DNA from: Candidatus Babeliales bacterium
Lineage (GTDB): Bacteria; Babelota; Babeliae; Babelales; JANWKD01
Reading direction: 5' to 3'
Assembly: GCA_963722255.1 (NCBI GenBank)
Contig: CAVRJO010000001.1
Location: forward strand, 640,001 to 704,000
Length of the DNA stretch: 64,000 bases
Both the position numbers and the translations under genes were made by a program. Under the pieces are notes generated by a model. It was not told the origin of the DNA. It was given only the letters and a program-made list of their open reading frames with translations, and made no database searches. Shown piece by piece: positions 57,837 through 64,000 of the stretch (position 1 is the first letter of the stretch; every line of letters starts with the position of its first letter).

Positions 57837-57927
57837 AGAAAAAAATTCTTGTTACTTATCAAGAAAATTGTATACCATGTACTAACTAAAATAATCCACA
57901 ATGTTATTGTCTTATACAAGGAACAAA

Positions 57928-59565
57928 ATGATCGAAACACATATCAGGCCACACCTACAACCGGTATTTACAATAATCGCTCACAACCTATCAAAAAAAT
58001 TTTCTGCTACAAAAGTTACTGCATTTAGTTTTATATGCGGAATTGCTGCAGCATTTTGTATAGGATTCAATTTCACGATTTATGCATCTATATTTTTACT
58101 TCTTTCCGGCCTATTCGATATTCTTGATGGCACTCTTGCTCGTCTTACAAACACAGCAACAACATGCGGTGCGTTTTTTGATCTTATTTCAGATCGCTTA
58201 GTAGAATCTGCCCTTATAGCAGGATTTGCTTACGCACATCCAGAATATATGTGGGCGTATCTTGCATTCCACATTGCACTGATTTTTCATTTTTCAACCT
58301 TTTTGATGGCAAGTTCAATGTTTAAAAACACCGGAATAAAAAGCATTCATTACCACAACAGCATCATAGAAAGAGCAGAAGCATTTATTGCATTTTTCTT
58401 AATGATTTTATTTCCACAACATCTTTTTTTGATACTTATGACCTTGAATCTACTTATTGCTCTTGATGCTTGCAAGCGATTCTATGATGTTACTAAAGTT
58501 CACTATATACCGTGCTTTATGCTCTTATTTTTAATTTCAGGAGATATCATGTCGAATAATGAACTAAAAGTTTCAAATAATCCTCATCACGAAAAAGCTA
58601 CTTTTGCCGGTGGATGTTTTTGGTGCATGCAGCCTCCTTTTGAAAAACTGCCGGGCATCATCTCTGTTGTATCAGGATATACCGGTGGCACAGGTACCAA
58701 TCCAACCTATAAAGATTATGCGCAAAAGGGACATCTTGAAGCAGTTCAAATTATCTATGATCCAACAAAAATTAGTTATCAAATGCTCCTTGATACCTTT
58801 TGGCACCAAATAAATCCTACTGATAATGAAGGACAATTTGTAGATCGTGGACCTCAATATAAATCTGAAATATTTTATCATACTCCTGAACAACAAAAGA
58901 TAGCAGAGGCATCTAAAGAAGCTTTAGAAAAATCACATCAATTTGACAAACCTATCCTAACAGAAATCAAAGAAGCAATGCCTTTTTATGCTGCAGAAGA
59001 GTATCATCAGGATTATTATAAAAAAAATCCATTGCGCTACAAATTTTATCGCTATAATTCTGGACGTGATGCCTTTCTTGAAAAAGCATGGAAAAAAAAT
59101 CAAAAATCATCAGGACAAAAAAAAATTATAAAGCCAACTGATAATGAACTGCGCAAAAAACTTACGCCAATTCAATACGATGTAACTCAAAAAGGCAAAA
59201 CAGAAAAGGCTTTTGATAATGCCTATTGGGATAACAAAAAAGAGGGCATTTATGTTGATATTGTTTCAGGAGAGCCGCTTTTTAGTTCATTAGATAAATA
59301 CGATTCCGGCACCGGTTGGCCGAGTTTTAGTAAACCCCTTGAACCAAATAATTTAGTAGAAAAGAATGATTGGACATGGTTTACCAAAAGAAAAGAAATT
59401 CGTAGTAAACTTGGTGATTCACATCTTGGACATGTTTTTAACGATGGCCCGCCACCTACCGGTTTACGTTATTGCATGAACTCTGCAGCATTGAGATTTA
59501 TTCCGGTACAAGATCTTGAAAAAGAGGGCTTAGGAAAATATAAAAAATTATTTGCAAAAGCATAA
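57928..59565 (+). CDS. msrAB: In-frame CDP-alcohol phosphatidyltransferase plus peptide methionine sulfoxide reductase MsrA/MsrB
   Basis: DILDGTLAR...[15 protein letters not shown] (MsrA); GTGWPSF, HLGHVF.DGP and RYCMNS (MsrB). Internal AGGAG-N5-ATG at 58549. Confidence 0.88.
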   Translation: MIETHIRPHLQPVFTIIAHNLSKKFSATKVTAFSFICGIAAAFCIGFNFTIYASIFLLLSGLFDILDGTLARLTNTATTCGAFFDLISDRLVESALIAGFAYAHPEYMWAYLAFHIALIFHFSTFLMASSMFKNTGIKSIHYHNSIIERAEAFIAFFLMILFPQHLFLILMTLNLLIALDACKRFYDVTKVHYIPCFMLLFLISGDIMSNNELKVSNNPHHEKATFAGGCFWCMQPPFEKLPGIISVVSGYTGGTGTNPTYKDYAQKGHLEAVQIIYDPTKISYQMLLDTFWHQINPTDNEGQFVDRGPQYKSEIFYHTPEQQKIAEASKEALEKSHQFDKPILTEIKEAMPFYAAEEYHQDYYKKNPLRYKFYRYNSGRDAFLEKAWKKNQKSSGQKKIIKPTDNELRKKLTPIQYDVTQKGKTEKAFDNAYWDNKKEGIYVDIVSGEPLFSSLDKYDSGTGWPSFSKPLEPNNLVEKNDWTWFTKRKEIRSKLGDSHLGHVFNDGPPPTGLRYCMNSAALRFIPVQDLEKEGLGKYKKLFAKA

Positions 59566-59613
59566 AAAAATGAAGCACACGTTTTAATTTTTGATAACTA
59601 TGCATAAAGCAAT

Positions 59614-59645
59614 AAGCGGCACCTAGTTAATGAGAGATGCCGCTC
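59614..59645. terminator. Hairpin between convergent genes
   Basis: AGCGGCA...TGCCGCT. Confidence 0.5.
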
Positions 59646-59676
59646 TTCTACTTCTTAGAAATTTTGTTGTTTCTTA

Positions 59677-60312
59677 CTATTCTTTAGACCTTACCTCATA
59701 ATCTTGCCCATTACCCTCTTTATCTGATTTCGATGGTTGTGGTATCCATTTATGATAGTTATTCCAAACATACTTTCCGCCTACCCAAGTTAATGCAAGG
59801 CCTAACCCAGCAAGCGCTTGCTTATCTTTGATAAGTATATAATCATTTTGAAAATATTTTTTAGCTACAATAAAAATCGTTGGTACACCATAACAGGTGA
59901 TATAGGGATGATTAAGTATAAATTTAAACACAGGATTAAACTCTCTAAACCTCTTCTCAGGCATCGCATTTCTTATAACTGTTCCAATCGTACCGCCAAT
60001 AATAGTAGAGTTAACAACACCTTGCCGTAGCGCAGTAAGAATAGTACGGTAGTTCATTCCATTACCGTTATTATAAATTGTGTCCCAGTTTTGATCAATG
60101 TAGTAACCAACGGATATAGTTGGTAGTACGTACGTCGATGCACTTGTAAATGTTTCTTTACAGCCATTTAAAAAATATGCAAACTGCATTTGAGGACTCA
60201 TTGAGCCTCGTGATGGCTTAGCTTTAGGTCGTTTTTCCGCTTGCATTGCATAACTAGTACCAGAAATTACCATGCCTAAGAAAATTAAAATAAAATAATG
60301 ATTCTTTTTCAT
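59677..60312 (-). CDS. Hypothetical exported/membrane protein
   Basis: Signal peptide ending SYA-MQ; several Gly-rich hydrophobic segments. Confidence 0.72.
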   Translation of the reverse strand: MKKNHYFILIFLGMVISGTSYAMQAEKRPKAKPSRGSMSPQMQFAYFLNGCKETFTSASTYVLPTISVGYYIDQNWDTIYNNGNGMNYRTILTALRQGVVNSTIIGGTIGTVIRNAMPEKRFREFNPVFKFILNHPYITCYGVPTIFIVAKKYFQNDYILIKDKQALAGLGLALTWVGGKYVWNNYHKWIPQPSKSDKEGNGQDYEVRSKE

Positions 60313-60515
60313 AATATATACTCTTTTTGTATTTTTGCATTTGAAAGATAATCAAATACAAAAGTAATAGATGTTACAGTTCTTGTCAAAGTTCTATAGC
60401 TTTTACATATTTTCTAAGGCATAATGCCTTCGCAATTATGTAAAAAAATTTTATATATTTATTTAAAATAGAATATCAAATATTTTATAATGAGTAAAAA
60501 TTGTCTTTACTTTAT

Positions 60516-61965
60516 TGTTAGCGCAAAGTGATAAGTTCCTATTATAGCGCAAAGTAAAAAGTTCCGGTTTTTAGGGTAAACTTAATCTTGTAAACAAAAA
60601 GAAAAACTCTAAAAATGCAACGGAACTTATATGGAATATATTACCATGAATCGCAAAGAACGAGAACAGGCAAAAGTGTTTGTTCAGGTTAAAGAAGGAA
60701 AAATGACACAGGCAGAGGCTGCAGCCCGTCTGAGATTTACAGAGCGGTGGGTCAGAGAAAAATATGGAAGATATTGTGAATCTGACGACTTTGGCCTTGT
60801 ACATGGCAATAGGGGAAAAGAAAGCCCAAATAGATGGGATCAAGGAGAAGAACGATTGTTAATCTCATTGTTAGAAAGCGATTGGCAAGGCTTTGGGCCA
60901 ACCTTTGCGGCTGAAAAACTTAAAGAGTTGCATGGAATAAAGATAAGTCGAGAAGCTGTTAGAAAGGTCATGATTAAGGCAGGAATATGGCAACCTAAAA
61001 AACAGCGCAGCAAGCATCGCAAGCGACGAGAAAGAAGGCGTATGTTTGGCATAATGATTCAGCTTGATGGCTCTCCACATGACTGGTTTGAAGGGCGTGC
61101 TGGGGTATGTACCTTACTTGTTTTTATTGACGATGCTACTGGCCAAATCCTTTGGCTTGAGTTTGCCCCTTCTGAATCGATGCATGCTTTAATGACCGCA
61201 ACTAAAAATTACGTTGAAAAATATGGGATTCCTCAAACTTTTTATACTGACCACGGTTCTGTTTTCCATGTTAATTTGAGTAATCAAGAAAATATTAAAA
61301 AGACCCAATGGGAGCGCGCTTGTAAAGATTTGGGAATTGATGTTATACATGCCAATAGTCCTCAGGCAAAGGGCCGCGTTGAACGTTGCAATCAAACCCT
61401 TCAAGATCGCCTTATTAAGGAAATGAGACTTGCTGGGATATCATCAATAGATCAAGAAAATAATTATCTGCGAACAAGCAATTATATTGCAAAGCATAAT
61501 GCTGCATTTCAAGTTCCTGCTGCCCAAGAAGGCGATGCCCATGCTAGTGCTCAATCATTTGATTTAAACGATATATTTAGCACACAAGAGACTCGTATTC
61601 TTACGAATGATTTTACTATTACCTACCAAAAACAGATTTTTCAATTAAGCGATCAGCAAAAAACAATCATTTTTCCAAAAAATACCATTGTTGTTAAAGT
61701 ACATTTAAATGGAACCATAAAACTGTGGATTCGAAAAACAGAACTTTCTTTTAGCGAAATCTACCAACGACCAACCCCCCAAATTCAGGAGAAAAAAATA
61801 TCTGACTGTATACCAAGAAAGCCTTCAAAAAATAGCCAACGTTGGGCAGGCGGGTTGCCCCCTAGTGAGAGTAGGTTGAAGCCGGTCGCGCCGGCCGTGG
61901 AGGCGCTTTAATGTTAGGAACTTTTTACTTTGCTAAATACCGGAACTTTTCACGTTGCGTTGACA
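60516..61965 (+). mobile_element. IS1202-like (ISNCY/IS481-related) insertion sequence with 17-bp target duplication
   Basis: TGT...ACA ends; duplicated subterminal GCAAAGT.A.AAGTTCC boxes at both ends; AATTGTCTTTACTTTAT at 60499-60515 and 61966-61982. Confidence 0.9.
60631..61911 (+). CDS. ISNCY/IS1202-type rve (DDE) transposase
   Basis: HGNRG, GPTFA.EKL, IQLDGS.HDW, IDDAT, YTD, SPQAKGRVER...TLQDRL. Confidence 0.93.
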   Translation: MEYITMNRKEREQAKVFVQVKEGKMTQAEAAARLRFTERWVREKYGRYCESDDFGLVHGNRGKESPNRWDQGEERLLISLLESDWQGFGPTFAAEKLKELHGIKISREAVRKVMIKAGIWQPKKQRSKHRKRRERRRMFGIMIQLDGSPHDWFEGRAGVCTLLVFIDDATGQILWLEFAPSESMHALMTATKNYVEKYGIPQTFYTDHGSVFHVNLSNQENIKKTQWERACKDLGIDVIHANSPQAKGRVERCNQTLQDRLIKEMRLAGISSIDQENNYLRTSNYIAKHNAAFQVPAAQEGDAHASAQSFDLNDIFSTQETRILTNDFTITYQKQIFQLSDQQKTIIFPKNTIVVKVHLNGTIKLWIRKTELSFSEIYQRPTPQIQEKKISDCIPRKPSKNSQRWAGGLPPSESRLKPVAPAVEAL

Positions 61966-62098
61966 AATTGTCTTTACTTTATACCCATACTTATAGTCCG
62001 CTAATCTAACATTGACTAATTCTCTCAAACACTGTTTTATATTTATTATTGTTAAATATTATTTTTTTTTAAAAATCATCAAATGGTAGGTTATTTAT

Positions 62099-62692
62099 TT
62101 GTTTAAGGATTTTCTTATGCTTTTTATTCGTAAAAATATATATCTATTATTTCTTATTTTCTTCTGTAACAATTCCTGTTTATGTATGGAATATATCAAA
62201 TCATATATACCCGCTGTAGAGATTGCTGGTGGAACAGTTATAGCACTAGGTTGTTATAATGTTCTTATTGATTTAGGGGTAGCATATAACATTAATTTAA
62301 AGAACATACGCGAGACAAAATCAATATGCCCTGCCCAAGAAATTCAAAATTCTTTTAAAAAGACGGTAATGCTTATTTTAAAATCAAATTTAAAAAATTC
62401 AATTCAATATCTGGTACCCTTAGGAATAATAATAGCTGCATCAGCTCAATTAGGTTCAGGACCAAAAATAAATATTGAACAACTTATAAAACCTGCTGCT
62501 TATACAGCAAGTTTTATAAATCTTTGCGCGAGTAGCATTGGTATAATGGGTTATTATGGTATGATTAACCAAGATTTTGCACATTCGTCAGGTTTTGCTT
62601 TAGATTTGTTTAAAGCTACAGCTAAAATAGCGCAAGTAGCAACGCTTGGTATTCCATTATATTGTGTTACTAAACGATATTTGCAAAGCTAA
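62099..62692 (+). CDS. Hypothetical exported/membrane protein
   Basis: Signal peptide ending CLC-ME (start probably 62117); several hydrophobic segments. Confidence 0.7.
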   Translation: MFKDFLMLFIRKNIYLLFLIFFCNNSCLCMEYIKSYIPAVEIAGGTVIALGCYNVLIDLGVAYNINLKNIRETKSICPAQEIQNSFKKTVMLILKSNLKNSIQYLVPLGIIIAASAQLGSGPKINIEQLIKPAAYTASFINLCASSIGIMGYYGMINQDFAHSSGFALDLFKATAKIAQVATLGIPLYCVTKRYLQS

Positions 62693-62889
62693 AATTAAAA
62701 TTAATGCTGTATATCAAACAATCAATGTTAAAGGCTCCATGAGCACTACAGAAAACACCCTTGTTTTTTGGACAAAAATATTGCCACATCAAATTTAGTT
62801 TTTTCTCAATTGAGCAAAAATCTATATTAATCAAGAGTATTAGCACAAAATACATTCGTATATAAAAACTTTACAGGTTTTTAAAGTTA

Positions 62890-63525
62890 TAACGCCCCCG
62901 TAGACCGGGGGGCTTGACGGCTGTTAGCAGTCCCAAGGACTGCCAGATTATAAACTTTGACTATATTTTAAAATTGACCTTCTTCATCAAAACCTTAGGC
63001 TATCCAGCTGTTCTTGATTTTTCACGTAGGCTTTAACATTGCTCCAATTCATGATCCTACTGTTGAAACCGCATATCCCCTTGCCCAAAACTTCTCGCCA
63101 TTAAAATTTCTTTTGCCGACCGCCAAATTGTCGCGCAACTGCAATCGCACTTTTACCTTTTATATATCCAACTATCTCTGCTATTGAATATTTCGGCGGA
63201 ATACTTATCAGCATATGCACATGATCTTGTACCATGTGGCCTTCCAAAATCTTACTTTCCCTTTGTCCTGCCAATTCATGAAATATTGGTCCTAAGAATT
63301 TACGAATTTCTCCATAAAGTTTCTTTTTTCTATATTTTGGAACAAATACAATATGGTATTTGCAGTTAAATTTAGAATGGCTTAAACTTTTAAATGATGT
63401 TTCCATATATATTTTTTTTCGAGCCGTCACGCCCTAAAAAAATATATCATTGGAAACATTTTTTTTACACTTGAATCTAAAGGCCTAGCCTTGAAAGTCT
63501 CACTAGTCAAACTAGTGGTTTACCT
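62890..63525 (-). mobile_element. tnpA: IS200-like element with frameshifted tnpA
   Basis: SH...CKYHIVFVPKYR, DHVH, KGKS; downstream FWARGY.VSTVG and YVKNQ in shifted frames; end hairpins GCCCCCG..CGGGGGGC and CACTAGT..ACTAGTG. Confidence 0.85.
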
Positions 63526-63563
63526 ATCTTTCAATTATAAATGAAGCATAGGAGAGTTTTTTA

Positions 63564-64000
63564 CTATAATAGTATCGAATCCGCATTATTTAAACTAAAC
63601 TGCTTTTTAATTTTTCCGTCTCTCTCTGGTTCGCGATATATCGCTTTTAATAGTTTTTGTGTGTACTTTCCAAAACTATGTATCATTGAATGTTCCAACA
63701 ATGCCTCAACAGCTTGAAAATTTTTCTCTTTATAAGCTTGTGCAAGCATAAGCTTATACGCTAACTGTTTTACTGTATCTTTTTGCTTTATTAATAAAAT
63801 CCACTTATCTTGAGTTGCTTCATACATAAGGAATTTGGGAACCCAATTGCTTCGTTTTACAAATTTACGCGTATTTGATTTCTGCAAAATTGGTTGAGCA
63901 GATTCAAGCATAGGAACTTCCTCAAGAAGAGTGCCCTCAAAATTATAATGCCTAAAAACTGGTAATTGCGTTGGTATATTTTGAGCAGTTGAAGCTCTCG
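63564..64000 (-). CDS. Hypothetical protein, C-terminal part (starts beyond window)
   Basis: Reading frame appears open from the window end to the stop at 63564. Confidence 0.6.
   Translation of the reverse strand, partial: RASTAQNIPTQLPVFRHYNFEGTLLEEVPMLESAQPILQKSNTRKFVKRSNWVPKFLMYEATQDKWILLIKQKDTVKQLAYKLMLAQAYKEKNFQAVEALLEHSMIHSFGKYTQKLLKAIYREPERDGKIKKQFSLNNADSILL

Overview
AT-rich bacterial chromosome segment, most consistent with an intracellular protist-associated bacterium of the Dependentiae (TM6/Babelota) type. This is an inference from gene content: many Sec-signal hypothetical proteins plus ankyrin, F-box-like, WD40/beta-helix and Vps62-like proteins. Housekeeping genes (gspE/pilB fragment, bamD, yraN, cdsA, hisS, galE, secA, pgeF, ftsZ, ftsA, ftsQ-like, groES/groEL, glnA, ybeY, msrAB) are interleaved with putative secreted effectors. 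The window also holds five IS elements (two IS200, two IS5, one IS1202-like) and a rich set of modular palindromic intergenic repeats. Main signals: (1) a cassette-like array behind groEL, where unrelated secreted ORFs are each preceded by a copy of a terminator-promoter-RBS block and often followed by a multi-stem element with compensatory base changes; (2) a second covarying element class and nested mini-hairpin insertions; (3) nine predicted signal peptides that would release a Met-[D/E/N/Q] N-terminus; (4) a glutamine synthetase with a signal peptide; (5) a CDP-alcohol phosphatidyltransferase-MsrAB fusion. Several single-base frameshifts, including one in groES, suggest indel errors in the assembly, so pseudogene and fusion calls need read-level checks. 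No rRNA, tRNA, CRISPR array, integrase or reverse transcriptase was recognised.
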